From Firmicutes bacterium ADurb.Bin248 (GTDB taxonomy: Bacteria; Bacillota; Clostridia; Christensenellales; CAG-138), in assembly GCA_002069725.1 (NCBI GenBank), contig MWBW01000002.1, positions 11,225 through 75,224 on the forward strand: a stretch of DNA of 64,000 bases. Reading direction: 5' to 3'. The translations under genes were made by a program, and so were the position numbers. Each line of letters begins with the position of its first letter. Position 1 is the stretch's first letter. A model generated the notes under the pieces. That model did no database searches. It saw only the letters and a list, made by a program, of their open reading frames with translations, and was not told where the DNA came from. This document shows positions 9,202 through 18,158 of the stretch, piece by piece.

Positions 9202-9810
9202 TCACCCTTCGAGCCGGCCGGCGAGCGTTTCGAGGCAGATTCGTATTCCCTGGATCATGTCCTCAAGCTCCATCGAAAAGGCGGTTTCGCTCTGCCCCTT
9301 CATGTAGGGGACGTGCACGAATCCCGCGCGCATTTTGGGCAGGTCGGTTCTCGCGCGATGCAATGCCACGTACATCGCGTCGTTGCACAGGTACGGCCCG
9401 GCGCTGTAGGAAAACGCGGCGGGAAGGCCCGCGGCGTTCAGCGCGTCGAGCATGGCCCGGCAGGGCAGGTTCGAGAACAGCCCGTCCGGCGCGCCGGGCA
9501 CGACGGGCTCGCCGCGCGCGATTTCGCCCAGATTGTCCGCAAGCTCGCTCTCGCGCAGGTTCATGGCGATGCGCTCTATGGTGATGGCGCACCTTCCGCC
9601 CGCCTGCCCGAGAAGCAGCGCCGCGTCCGGGCGCAGTTCGTCGAGAAGCAGGTTCACCTTCCCGTTCACGCGCACCCAGGCCACGGGCAGCTGCGCCTTG
9701 ACGACGCGCGCGCCCGGCAGTTCGTCCGGCATGGCTTTGGCGCATTCCCACGAGGGATTGACCTGCGCTCCGCCGAAGGGCTCGAAACCCGTGACGAGCA
9801 AGGTTTTCAT
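9202..9810 (-). CDS. pcp: Pyroglutamyl-peptidase I (peptidase C15)
   Basis: MKTLLVTGFEPFGG..NPSWE, LGQAGGR, SAGPYLCN (catalytic Cys region), FVHVPY. Start placed at ATG 9810 (GGGAGA SD) rather than the ORF-track start at 9855. Confidence 0.9.
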   Translation of the reverse strand: MKTLLVTGFEPFGGAQVNPSWECAKAMPDELPGARVVKAQLPVAWVRVNGKVNLLLDELRPDAALLLGQAGGRCAITIERIAMNLRESELADNLGEIARGEPVVPGAPDGLFSNLPCRAMLDALNAAGLPAAFSYSAGPYLCNDAMYVALHRARTDLPKMRAGFVHVPYMKGQSETAFSMELEDMIQGIRICLETLAGRLEG

Positions 9811-9937
9811 CCGTTCATTCTCCCATCCGTTCAACTGCAAAGGATTATACCACAATCCGCGCCGCGCGGCGATGCGCGCATGGCTTGATAGAGCGCGCTC
9901 CGGAGTGATATATTAATAGGGAAGGGAGGTGCTTCCC

Positions 9938-10291
9938 ATGAAGGAAAAGCTGCTTTTCAACGCGCCCAGCCCGCCCGAGGCGGGCATCCTCTGCGGCATT
10001 CTCGACGAGAACGGCATCCCGTACTACACCGTGACGCCCGGCCCCGGCGCGATCTACGCCGCATCGGTCAACATGGGCGTGCGTATCTTCGTTTCGGAGG
10101 AGGATTACGAGCGCGCTTTCCAATTGACCGACGGCTGCCTCGACGCGGGCGTCGAGCTCGTCGATTTCCCCGGTGACGTCGAGGCCGAACCCGGCAAGGC
10201 CGAACCCGTCGAGGCCGAACCCGGCAAGGCCGAACCCGGCAAGGACGCGCCCGGCGTGGGCGAACCCGCCGAAGACGGCGAAGAACCGTGA
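9938..10291 (+). CDS. Small protein with a DUF2007-like N-terminal domain and a repetitive acidic Pro-rich tail
   Basis: ATG 9938 lies 9 nt after GGGAGG. The N-terminal ~70 aa resemble the DUF2007 (putative signal-transducing) fold family. The tail is (VEAEPGKAEP)2. Confidence 0.45.
   Translation: MKEKLLFNAPSPPEAGILCGILDENGIPYYTVTPGPGAIYAASVNMGVRIFVSEEDYERAFQLTDGCLDAGVELVDFPGDVEAEPGKAEPVEAEPGKAEPGKDAPGVGEPAEDGEEP
10178..10244 (+). repeat. Tandem 30-bp coding repeat (2 full copies plus a partial copy)
   Basis: GTCGAGGCCGAACCCGGCAAGGCCGAACCC occurs at 10178-10207 and again at 10208-10237. Confidence 0.9.
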
Positions 10292-11112
10292 CCGCGCGGC
10301 GCATACTCGCCTGTTTCCTCGCGCTGGTTCTGCCCGCGCTTCTTCCCGGTTGCGGCAAAGCGCCGCGCGAGAGCGCGCCCGTGGAGGTCACGCGCGCGCC
10401 GAGCGCCATGGCGACGCCGCGCGCGACCCTCGCGCCCGCGCCGGGCGCGGAGCCGACGCCTTCTCCGACACCGGAGCCGACCATAGACGACGGCCGCGTG
10501 CAGCTCGCCGAGGGCTTCTATTACATTGAGCTCGACGGGCAAATCAAGGAGCGCATCACGGGATACAGCTATCCCGAGGACGATTCGGATATTGCCGTCC
10601 ATTACGACGACCTCCGATACATCCATCTGCTCTACTATGATTTCGACGGCGTTGAGCGCGAGGGCGAGCTGATCGTCCACGCACGGCTCGCCGACGAGGT
10701 CATGGAGATCTTTTACGAGCTGTATCAGGCGAAGTACCCGTTCACCTCGATCAAGCTCGTGGACGATTACGGCCAGGCCGCGGACGACGAGCTTTCCATG
10801 CGGGCCAACAACACCTCGGCCTTCAACTACCGTCCCGTGGCGGGCACGAAGAAGCTCTCGCTGCACAGCTTCGGCGCGGCCATCGACGTCAACCCCCTGT
10901 TCAATCCCTACATCAAGGCGGACGGCAGCTTTTACCCCGCGAACAGCGCGGAATACCGCGACCGCAGCCGCGATTTCCCGGGAAAGATCGACCATGACGA
11001 CCTCGCCTACGAGCTCTTCACCGCGCGCGGCTGGGATTGGGGCGGGGACTGGACGAGTTCCAAGGACTATCAGCATTTCGATAAGGATTTGGGCTTCGAC
11101 AGAACGCCGTGA
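10288..11112 (+). CDS. M15-family metallopeptidase (VanY / D-Ala-D-Ala carboxypeptidase-like) lipoprotein
   Basis: Lipobox LLPGC. Zn-ligand motifs SLHSFGAAIDVN and DYQHF. The GTG start overlaps the upstream stop (GTGA). Confidence 0.8.
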   Translation: MTARRILACFLALVLPALLPGCGKAPRESAPVEVTRAPSAMATPRATLAPAPGAEPTPSPTPEPTIDDGRVQLAEGFYYIELDGQIKERITGYSYPEDDSDIAVHYDDLRYIHLLYYDFDGVEREGELIVHARLADEVMEIFYELYQAKYPFTSIKLVDDYGQAADDELSMRANNTSAFNYRPVAGTKKLSLHSFGAAIDVNPLFNPYIKADGSFYPANSAEYRDRSRDFPGKIDHDDLAYELFTARGWDWGGDWTSSKDYQHFDKDLGFDRTP

Positions 11113-11121
11113 GGCGAGGGG

Positions 11122-11155
11122 CAATTGACAATGGAAAATTAACAATCGACAATCG
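11122..11155 (+). repeat. CAATTGACAA-family AT-rich motif (2 copies) just after the M15 stop
   Basis: CAATTGACAATGGA (11122-11135) is identical to the reverse complement of 27294-27307. AACAATCGACAATCG lies at 11141-11155. Confidence 0.85.
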
Positions 11156-11166
11156 GGTTTGATTCA

Positions 11167-11194
11167 GGCGGCCTCCGCTTCAAGCGAAGGCCGC
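11167..11194. terminator. GC hairpin between convergent genes
   Basis: GGCGGCCT..CGC-ttcaa-GCG..AGGCCGCC. No U-tract. Confidence 0.4.
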
Positions 11195-11242
11195 CCCGAG
11201 CCGGATCGTTATTCACTCTTAACCATTGGTTATTAGCTGAAT

Positions 11243-11270
11243 AATTGACAACTGTCAATTCTCAATTGCC
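11243..11270. repeat. CAATTGACAA-family motif as a palindrome straddling the stop of the anti-sigma-like gene
   Basis: AATTGACAACTGTCAATT (8-bp arms, 2-nt spacer) followed by CTCAATTGCC. The minus-strand gene ends GAG AAT TGA inside it. Confidence 0.85.
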
Positions 11271-11995
11271 CTGACGCCGATCCTCATTTCGCCGTCCGAA
11301 AGCGTGACGATGACGCGGTATTGACCGCCCACGATCTTGAGCGTGTTGGAGAGGCAGCAGCTTTGGACCGCTTCATCCTGGGCTTCGGCGTCGGGATACA
11401 TTTCCATGATGAGCGCGACGTAGGCGTCGAAATCCTCCTCGGTGCAGCCGGTCACGACCAAGAGGTAATGCTTCCCGTCGGACTCGACCTCGCTGCTCTT
11501 GCCGAAGCTCACCGCGGGAAGCTCGAGCGCCCGCTCCGCCCAATAGAGCGAGGCCGAGTCCAAACCGCAGCAGCCCGGCGGTTCAACCGCCGGCGCTCCG
11601 GTCGCCGCCGGCGTGGAGGGCGCGGCCGCGTCGCCCCTGTCGTCGCCGCCGTTCGCGCGCTCCGTGGGCGCGCTGCCGCCCGTGGCCGACTCGCTCCCGA
11701 ATAATTGCTCCTCGCTCTCGGGCACGGCCGGGTCCTGCACGGCGAAATACGCATTGTCGGGCGCTTCGGATTTTGCGCTCATCCCGAAGAATCCGCCGCT
11801 GAGCGCGCCGATTCCAAAGCTCGCGAGCAGCACGGCCGCCGCGGCCACGGAGCCGTAGCGGATGATGTTTTTCCTCAGCGCGAGCTCTTTCGCCTGCGCC
11901 TTTTTGAGCGTTCCCGAGCGCATGGCGGCATAATCCACGCCCGCGTTTGCCCTGTCGGCCACGGCGCGCAGAATTTCATCCATTTTTTCAGCCAT
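11255..11995 (-). CDS. Membrane protein, putative anti-sigma factor
   Basis: Translationally coupled to the ECF sigma gene (ATGGCTGA overlap; GGAGGTG lies 6 nt upstream of ATG 11995). Short cytoplasmic N-terminus, one TM helix, extracytoplasmic C-terminal domain. No zf-HC2 motif, so the function is inferred from context. Confidence 0.5.
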   Translation of the reverse strand: MAEKMDEILRAVADRANAGVDYAAMRSGTLKKAQAKELALRKNIIRYGSVAAAAVLLASFGIGALSGGFFGMSAKSEAPDNAYFAVQDPAVPESEEQLFGSESATGGSAPTERANGGDDRGDAAAPSTPAATGAPAVEPPGCCGLDSASLYWAERALELPAVSFGKSSEVESDGKHYLLVVTGCTEEDFDAYVALIMEMYPDAEAQDEAVQSCCLSNTLKIVGGQYRVIVTLSDGEMRIGVRAIEN

Positions 11996-12509
11996 GCAGC
12001 TCACCTCCTTTTAGCAGTTCGCCGAGCCTTCCCTTGGCGCGGGACATGCGCGATTTTATCGTTCCCTCGCTCACGCCCTGCAGCGCGGCGATTTCCTCAT
12101 ATTGCAAGCCCGAAAAGTAATGCAGCGTCACCGTTTCGCGGTAAATGTCCGGCAGCGAGTCGACCGCCCCGCGGACCAGGCGAACGGTTTCCGCGTTCAT
12201 CGCGGCGGGCTCGAGCAGCTCGCATTCGCTCGATACGGGCGTTTCGGGCAGCTCGTCCGCGAGCACTTCGCGCTTCAGGCGCCGCTTCCCGTCCACGCAA
12301 AGGTTGACGGTCACGCGGTAGAGCCAGCTTTTGAGCTGCGCTTCGCTCATATCCTCGAGCTTTTTCATGTGTCGGAGCACGCGGATGAACACCTCCTGTG
12401 AAACATCCAGCGCGTCGCTTTCGCTTTTGAGCGCGCCGTACGCCGTCCAGTACACCATGCGCGAAAAGCTCTCGTAGACGGAATCGAATTCCCACGCGGG
12501 CAATCTCAT
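11988..12509 (-). CDS. ECF-type RNA polymerase sigma-70 family factor
   Basis: Region 2 (DVSQEVFIRVLRHM..., WLYRVTVN) and region 4 HTH (YEEIAALQGVSEGTIKSRMSRAK). Start moved to ATG 12509, directly after AGGAGGG. Confidence 0.9.
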   Translation of the reverse strand: MRLPAWEFDSVYESFSRMVYWTAYGALKSESDALDVSQEVFIRVLRHMKKLEDMSEAQLKSWLYRVTVNLCVDGKRRLKREVLADELPETPVSSECELLEPAAMNAETVRLVRGAVDSLPDIYRETVTLHYFSGLQYEEIAALQGVSEGTIKSRMSRAKGRLGELLKGGELHG

Positions 12510-12591
12510 CCCTCCTGTCCATAATACGTTCGAACCAAAGCCGCGGTTCCCTGCGATTATATCATGAAAGCCGAATTTTTTGGATAGGTTC

Positions 12592-12674
12592 TTGCTTTCG
12601 CCGTCAAAAAGGAATAAAATAAATGAGGCGCCAATCGAAGGAACCGGGCATGTCCCGGTTCGTTCTTTGTTTTT
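12592..12674 (+). promoter_or_regulatory. Candidate promoter followed by an intrinsic terminator (attenuator) upstream of the DUF1846 gene
   Basis: -35 TTGCTT (12592-12597), 17-nt spacer, -10 TAAAAT (12615-12620). Then hairpin GAACCGGG-catgt-CCCGGTTC (12641-12661) followed by GTTCTTTGTTTTT. Confidence 0.45.
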
Positions 12675-12703
12675 ATGGAAATTATTGATTTGCGGAGGCA
12701 CTT

Positions 12704-14182
12704 ATGAAAAACGGCTTCGACAACGAGAAATACCTTTCGCTGCAATCCGAAAAGATACGCGAGCGCATCGGGCAGTTCGGCAAGCTCTACCTCGAGTTCG
12801 GCGGCAAGCTTTTTGACGATTACCACGCCGCGCGCGTGCTGCCGGGCTTTGCGCCGGACGGCAAGGTGAAGCTCCTCTTGCAGCTCGCGGATCAGGCGGA
12901 GATCGTCATCGCCATCAACGCGGCCGACATCGAAAAGAACAAGGTGCGCGGCGACATCGGCATCACCTACGATCTCGACGTGCTGCGTTTGATCGACGCG
13001 TTTCGCGCCACCGATCTTTACGTGGGCAGCGTCGTGCTCACGCAGTTCTGCGGCCAGTCCGCCGCCGTCGCATTCCAATCAAGGCTCGAGGCGCTGGGCG
13101 TCACGGTCTACCGGCATTATCCCATCGAGGGCTATCCTTCGGACGTCGAGCGCATCGTAAGCGACGATGGCTACGGCAAGAACGATTTCATCGAAACCGC
13201 GCGGCCGCTCGTCGTCGTGACCGCACCCGGCCCCGGCAGCGGCAAAATGGCCACCTGCCTTTCCCAGCTCTACCACGAGCACAAACGCGGCGTGGACGCG
13301 GGCTACGCCAAATTCGAGACCTTCCCCATCTGGAACCTCCCCCTCAAGCATCCGGTCAACATCGCCTACGAGGCCGCCACCGCGGACCTCAAGGACGTCA
13401 ACATGATAGATCCCTTCCACCTCGAGGCATACGGCGTGACCGCCGTCAACTACAACCGCGACGTCGAGGTGTTCCCCGTGCTCACGGCCATCTTCACGGA
13501 AATTTACGGGAGTTGCTCCTACAAATCCCCCACGGACATGGGCGTCAACATGGCGGGCTACTGCATCGTGGACGACGAGGCCTGCCGCGCCGCCGCCAGG
13601 CAGGAGATCATACGCCGCTATTACGGCGAGAGCTGCGCCAACCGGCAGGGCCTGACGGATGGCTCGAGCACCTACAAGTGCAGGCTTTTGATGAACCAGG
13701 CCGGCGTATCCGAGGCGGACAGGTTCGTCGTCGCGCACGCGCTCGAGAAGGCGACGGCCACCGGCCAGCCCGCCGCGGCGCTCGAGCTTCCGAACGGCGC
13801 CATCGTCACGGGCAAGACCACGCCTCTGCTGGGCGCTTCCGCAGCGCTGCTGTTGAACGCGCTCAAGGCGCTCGGCGGCATACACGACGACATGCACCTG
13901 ATCTCTCCCATCGTCATCGAGCCGATCCAGGCTCTCAAGCTCAAGCATCTGGGCAACCATAACCCGCGCCTGCACTCGGACGAAATCCTCATCGCGCTCT
14001 CCATCTGCGCCGCCACGAACCCCACGGCGGAGCTCGCGCTCCGCCAGCTTCCCAAGCTGCGCGGATGCGAGGCGCATTCCTCGGTGATACTCTCCTCGGT
14101 GGACAGCGCGACGTACCGCAAGCTCGGCATCAATTTGACCTGCGAGCCGCAGTACCAGACCAAGAAGCTGTTCCACAGGTAA
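12704..14182 (+). CDS. DUF1846 (UPF0371) family protein
   Basis: 492 aa. The N-terminus MKNGFDNEKYLSLQSEKIRERI..LYLEFGGKLFDDYHAARVLPGF is characteristic of the family. SD GCGGAGG. Confidence 0.8.
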   Translation: MKNGFDNEKYLSLQSEKIRERIGQFGKLYLEFGGKLFDDYHAARVLPGFAPDGKVKLLLQLADQAEIVIAINAADIEKNKVRGDIGITYDLDVLRLIDAFRATDLYVGSVVLTQFCGQSAAVAFQSRLEALGVTVYRHYPIEGYPSDVERIVSDDGYGKNDFIETARPLVVVTAPGPGSGKMATCLSQLYHEHKRGVDAGYAKFETFPIWNLPLKHPVNIAYEAATADLKDVNMIDPFHLEAYGVTAVNYNRDVEVFPVLTAIFTEIYGSCSYKSPTDMGVNMAGYCIVDDEACRAAARQEIIRRYYGESCANRQGLTDGSSTYKCRLLMNQAGVSEADRFVVAHALEKATATGQPAAALELPNGAIVTGKTTPLLGASAALLLNALKALGGIHDDMHLISPIVIEPIQALKLKHLGNHNPRLHSDEILIALSICAATNPTAELALRQLPKLRGCEAHSSVILSSVDSATYRKLGINLTCEPQYQTKKLFHR

Positions 14183-14191
14183 ATCGTGAAG

Positions 14192-14220
14192 AAAAAAAGG
14201 GAGCCGCGCGGCTCCCCTTG
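14192..14220 (-). terminator. Rho-independent terminator (good for the minus strand, weaker for the plus strand)
   Basis: GGGAGCCGCGCGGCTCCC hairpin. On the minus strand it is followed by TTTTTTT. Confidence 0.65.
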
Positions 14221-15159
14221 TTATATACGAAATCCGATCTGTCCGTCCCGGAACGGGCGCATCTCCCGTTCCGTCACGCCGTCTCCCGGCCCGATGTGTC
14301 CGCAGAGCAGGGGGGAGGCCGGGTCGTGCGCGGCGATGTTGCGTGCGACGGCGGCCGCGTTGTGGTTCGCGTAGCAGTAGGCGCAGCCGTTCGGGCAGGT
14401 GTCGTACATGCCGATGTCCACGCTTTCCATGCAGCCGCATTCCTTCCTCTGGTTCATATCGCGCCCGGCGTCGAGGCGGCAGCCGAGCAGCCGTTCGAAC
14501 AGCGCCTTGTCCACGCAATGCGTCCGCGCCACGCCGCATTCCGAAAGATCGAGCGCCTCCGCGCAGGCTTCGAGGGCGATATGATGCTTCGCGGCAGTCT
14601 CGGCGAGGCGCTTCGCGAGACGCCGCATTTCATCTTCCTCCGGCGCGCGCATGCCCAGCTCCCGCATAACGCCCCGTATGCTGCGGTATGGGTCGAGGAA
14701 GCTAATCACGCAGCGCCCGGTATATCCCTCCAGCGCCTTGGCGAGCGAAGCGAAGGCTTCGAGGTGGAAGTCGATCGTATACCGCTCCGTCAGCAGGATC
14801 GGGTCATAGCGCCAGACGACGCGCTCCCGCCCGATTTCGCGGGAAAGCTCCCGGAACGCGGGTATCACGGCGTTCTCCTTCGAGGGGATGTTTCCCTCGA
14901 TGTCCTTTCCGTACGGCGTCAGCGTGAACTGGAAATAGTATGTATACGGCCGCAATTCAGAGAGACGGGGGAGCATGGGCGCGGGGTTTTTCGTCCAGAA
15001 CACGATGCCGTCCACGACTTCGGGCGAAAGGCTGATTCTGCCGATCTTCGCGGGATCGAACGGGCTGCGCGTGCACGCGTAGCCTTCGCGCAGCCGGTTG
15101 AACAGCCATTCGGAATAGCGGGCGGGGATGTCCGTCCGCCTGCTCGCGCTGACGATCAT
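14221..15159 (-). CDS. DUF1848 family protein (Cys-rich, probable Fe-S)
   Basis: MIVSASRRTDIPA..YSEW N-terminus and a C-terminal Cys cluster, CGCMESVDIGMYDTCPNGCAYCYAN. GGAAGGAGG SD. Lies 34 nt downstream of the ABC-F gene. Confidence 0.75.
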   Translation of the reverse strand: MIVSASRRTDIPARYSEWLFNRLREGYACTRSPFDPAKIGRISLSPEVVDGIVFWTKNPAPMLPRLSELRPYTYYFQFTLTPYGKDIEGNIPSKENAVIPAFRELSREIGRERVVWRYDPILLTERYTIDFHLEAFASLAKALEGYTGRCVISFLDPYRSIRGVMRELGMRAPEEDEMRRLAKRLAETAAKHHIALEACAEALDLSECGVARTHCVDKALFERLLGCRLDAGRDMNQRKECGCMESVDIGMYDTCPNGCAYCYANHNAAAVARNIAAHDPASPLLCGHIGPGDGVTEREMRPFRDGQIGFRI

Positions 15160-15193
15160 AACGTTTCGACCTCCTTCCCGGTTGCCGTTTCGC

Positions 15194-16660
15194 TCACAGC
15201 TCGATCACCCGCGTCGCCGCGTTCTCGAGGAACGCGCGGTCGTGCTCGACAAAGAGCATGGTCGGTTGTCCCTCGCGGATCAGCGCCTCGATCTGCATCC
15301 TTGAAAGGACGTCCACGTAGTTGAGCGGTTCGTCCCACAGGTACAGATGCGCGCGCTGGCACAGGCTCTTTGCGAGCAGCACCTTCTTGCGCTGCCCGGC
15401 CGAGAAGGAGCGCATGTCCTTCTCAAACTGCACGCGCGGGAAGTCTAGCTTGCGAAGGATCGTGAGGAACAGGCTCGCGTCGACGCCCTCGTAGTTCGCG
15501 AATTCCATCAGGTCGCCTTTGAGCAAGGACGTATCCTGCGGCACGTAGGAGATCACAAGCCCGCTCGCCAAACGCACGGTGCCGCTGTGGGGGATGTCCT
15601 CGCCCGCGACGAGCTTGACGACGCTCGACTTGCCGCAGCCGTTGGGCCCCGCGAGGGCGACGCGCTCGCCGCGCCTGAGCTCGAACGAAAAGCCGGATAA
15701 TACGTCCCGCCCGGGATAAGCGACGGCAAGGTCGCGTATCTCCAACAATCTTTCGTTCCTGTGGACGAGCGGATGCACCGCGAGGTTCTCGTTGCGCTCG
15801 ATGTTCTTCAAGAGCTTGGATTTTTCCTCGACGGCGCCCTCGCGCCGCTTCTCGATGGCCTTGGCGCGCTTCATCATCTTGGCGGCCTTGTGGCCGATCG
15901 CGCCCCGGTCGGCGGCGTGGGAGCCGATCTTCGTCGCCTCGACCGCGTCCGACCAGCCGGAGGTGCGCCGCGCCGCCTCGGTCAGGTGGCGGATTTCGCC
16001 CATCAGCTTTTCGTTCTCGTCGAGCTCGAAGGCGTCTTGCCGCCGCTTGTTCTCCCACCATTGCGAGAAGTTGCCCTTGTTGAGCGTGATGTTCGCCCTG
16101 TTGATCGAGAGTATGTGGTCGACGCAGCCGTCGAGGAACGCGCGGTCGTGGCTCACGAGTATGAAGCCCTTCTTTGAATTGAGGTAATCCCGCACGATGT
16201 CGCGCGCGCGCATGTCGAGGTGGTTGGTCGGCTCGTCGATGAGAAGGAAATTGTTTTCCTTGAGGAACAGCGCCGCGAGCAGCGCTTTGGTGCGCTCCCC
16301 GTGGCTCAGGGTCGAAAACGGGCGATACAGCGTTCCCTCGTCCATGCCAAGCAGGTTGATCTCGCGGATGAGCTGCCAGGGCGCGTGGCGCGGACTGATC
16401 TCATCGAGTATTTCCATGGTGTCCCGCCCCGAGTCGGGTATGTCGAACGGGAAGTAATCGAAGTGTACGGAAGCGGAAATGCTCCCCTGATATTCGTATT
16501 TGCCCATGAGCAGGTTGAGGAACGTGGTCTTGCCGCGCCCGTTCCTGCCGGTGAAGCCGAGTTTCCAGTCCGTGTCGAGCTGGAAGGACACGTGTTCGAA
16601 TATGTTGTCGTAGCTGCCCTCGTAGCAGAACGTCAGATCGTTGACGGATATCAAAGACAT
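15194..16660 (-). CDS. ABC-F type ribosomal protection protein (Lsa/antibiotic-resistance ARE-like)
   Basis: Two ABC ATPase domains with no TM region. N-terminus MSLISVNDLTFCYEGSYDNIFEHVSFQLDTDWKLGFTGRNGRGKTTFLNLL, an interdomain linker, and a second Walker A GPNGCGKSS. Start placed at ATG 16660. Confidence 0.85.
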   Translation of the reverse strand: MSLISVNDLTFCYEGSYDNIFEHVSFQLDTDWKLGFTGRNGRGKTTFLNLLMGKYEYQGSISASVHFDYFPFDIPDSGRDTMEILDEISPRHAPWQLIREINLLGMDEGTLYRPFSTLSHGERTKALLAALFLKENNFLLIDEPTNHLDMRARDIVRDYLNSKKGFILVSHDRAFLDGCVDHILSINRANITLNKGNFSQWWENKRRQDAFELDENEKLMGEIRHLTEAARRTSGWSDAVEATKIGSHAADRGAIGHKAAKMMKRAKAIEKRREGAVEEKSKLLKNIERNENLAVHPLVHRNERLLEIRDLAVAYPGRDVLSGFSFELRRGERVALAGPNGCGKSSVVKLVAGEDIPHSGTVRLASGLVISYVPQDTSLLKGDLMEFANYEGVDASLFLTILRKLDFPRVQFEKDMRSFSAGQRKKVLLAKSLCQRAHLYLWDEPLNYVDVLSRMQIEALIREGQPTMLFVEHDRAFLENAATRVIEL

Positions 16661-16830
16661 AACAAAAGACCCCCTTGGGATGCCGGAATGCGCGCGACGG
16701 AAACGACGAACGCGGGCGCGGCATCTGCCGAACCTCAATCACGCCGAAACAACCATCGCTTAGTTGCGCACTCCTGTAGCTCCTTTGGACGATCTTTTGT
16801 CTATGATATATTAAGCCTTAGTCGGCGTCA
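16661..16830 (-). promoter_or_regulatory. 5' leader of the ABC-F gene with a candidate promoter, a mini-uORF and GC-rich structure
   Basis: Minus strand reads TTGACG..TATCAT promoter-like hexamers, then AAAGGAG-8nt-GTG CGC AAC TAA (16771-16760), then the long-range pairing GATGCCG...CGGCATC just before the SD GGGGG. Confidence 0.3.
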
Positions 16831-16868
16831 ACTATAAAGCAATAAACTTTGTTGAGGGTTATCTACAA

Positions 16869-17528
16869 TTAGTAAGCTGGCAGATAAAAATCTATAACGT
16901 CAGCACTAAACGAATGGAGAAAAGTTATAGTTAACAATGAGTATTGTACTTCAAAAAAACAAACTGCTATTGGATTGGTAGTTGCACAATTGGTGCCATT
17001 CCCCTCGGCATTAATGCTGCCACCTAACAGGGACATTGAACCACTATAACTACCTACAACATAGCAACCCGTTATTGCACCAGATAAATATACTTTGCCA
17101 TTTGTTGTTGTTTTATTAACGTTCCATGTCATATATAGAGTGCCGGTAACATTAAAACCATATCTTCCATCATCAGACGAAACATGCTCATCAACTGGCC
17201 GGTTCCAAGAACAATTATAAAGTCCATCTCTCATAGTGCCCCTTGCCTGGGCTGTGCGAGATACCAAACATACTTTATATGAATCTACGGTTGTAGTTAG
17301 TTCAGATAGGAAATCTTCCAGCTCTTTAACATCGTCATTGCTTAAAACTGTATTCTCATCATTTAGCGTAATTTTAACACCGTATTTATCTTCTAATTCT
17401 TGCAGTCTTGAATCCTGTGACTCGGCATTAGAAACATCTGAGATGTTCAGACCATTAAGCGCAAACGCACTATTGTAAACGGTCAAGCAAAGAACAAAAG
17501 AAATCGCAAGCGCTATAATTTTTTTCAC
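16869..17528 (-). CDS. Secreted protein of unknown function (AT-rich islet gene 2)
   Basis: GTG start 6 nt after GGAGG. Signal peptide MKKIIALAISFVLCLTVYNSAFA. Acidic N-terminal region followed by a Cys-containing, beta-rich C-terminal region. A/T-ending codons. Confidence 0.55.
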   Translation of the reverse strand: MKKIIALAISFVLCLTVYNSAFALNGLNISDVSNAESQDSRLQELEDKYGVKITLNDENTVLSNDDVKELEDFLSELTTTVDSYKVCLVSRTAQARGTMRDGLYNCSWNRPVDEHVSSDDGRYGFNVTGTLYMTWNVNKTTTNGKVYLSGAITGCYVVGSYSGSMSLLGGSINAEGNGTNCATTNPIAVCFFEVQYSLLTITFLHSFSADVIDFYLPAY

Positions 17529-17543
17529 AATTAGCCTCCATAA

Positions 17544-18158
17544 CTAAATTTCATTTGATGTGTGAGTAGCTGTATCAATACCATACTTGAAAACACTTGA
17601 CAGAAAAAGAAAAACTAAACCTATAATACCTCCTTTTATACTATTTGTAATGTCATATCCAACGCCCATAAAATCTACCGTTTGCATATTCACAATAGCT
17701 GGTATAACGATGATGCTTAACAAAGGCATCACAATAGCATACGCAATCATTATAATGCTGCAAAAGATGAGAATTTTAAAGTTATTGGTGACGAAAACCC
17801 TTCTGCGTGCAATGTTAAAGCAGAAAAAGGAAAGAATTACAGCACATAGCGATGCTGGGATCATATGCAATAAACCAATTGAAATCACGCCTAGCTGTGC
17901 TGCTTTCGAAATTCCATCATCCGTTGTTATATATATTTGCTCGGGTAATATAATCTTAATACTACCATCATTATCCCCAGAGACATATATGTCTGCGGAA
18001 GCATTATTTTGGCGGGAAATACGAGTAATTCGTATATTGCCCTGGATCATGGAGATGCTTTGATTTAGAATAGAAACCAAGAATACATAACAGAGAATTT
18101 GCATCAAATAGGCTGTAATGGTTCGCCATAACTTCCTGTCTTTCATATTAACCAACAA
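17544..18158 (-). CDS. Membrane protein, DUF2975-like (AT-rich islet gene 1)
   Basis: One N-terminal TM helix, an extracytoplasmic segment, then 3 TM helices. ..FNIARRRVFVTNNFKILIF.. resembles the DUF2975 core. GAGGTG SD. Start uncertain (TTG 18158/18155 or ATG 18146). Confidence 0.5.
   Translation of the reverse strand: MLVNMKDRKLWRTITAYLMQILCYVFLVSILNQSISMIQGNIRITRISRQNNASADIYVSGDNDGSIKIILPEQIYITTDDGISKAAQLGVISIGLLHMIPASLCAVILSFFCFNIARRRVFVTNNFKILIFCSIIMIAYAIVMPLLSIIVIPAIVNMQTVDFMGVGYDITNSIKGGIIGLVFLFLSSVFKYGIDTATHTSNEI

Noticed and set aside
10068-11145. Arg/Pro-rich ORFs overlapping the DUF2007-like and M15 genes on both strands (for example 10105..11145 on the minus strand and 10173..10529 on the plus strand).
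   Set aside because: They are compositionally biased shadow frames of GC-rich coding sequence. They have no SD sites or motifs, and the overlapping M15 gene has clear catalytic motifs.
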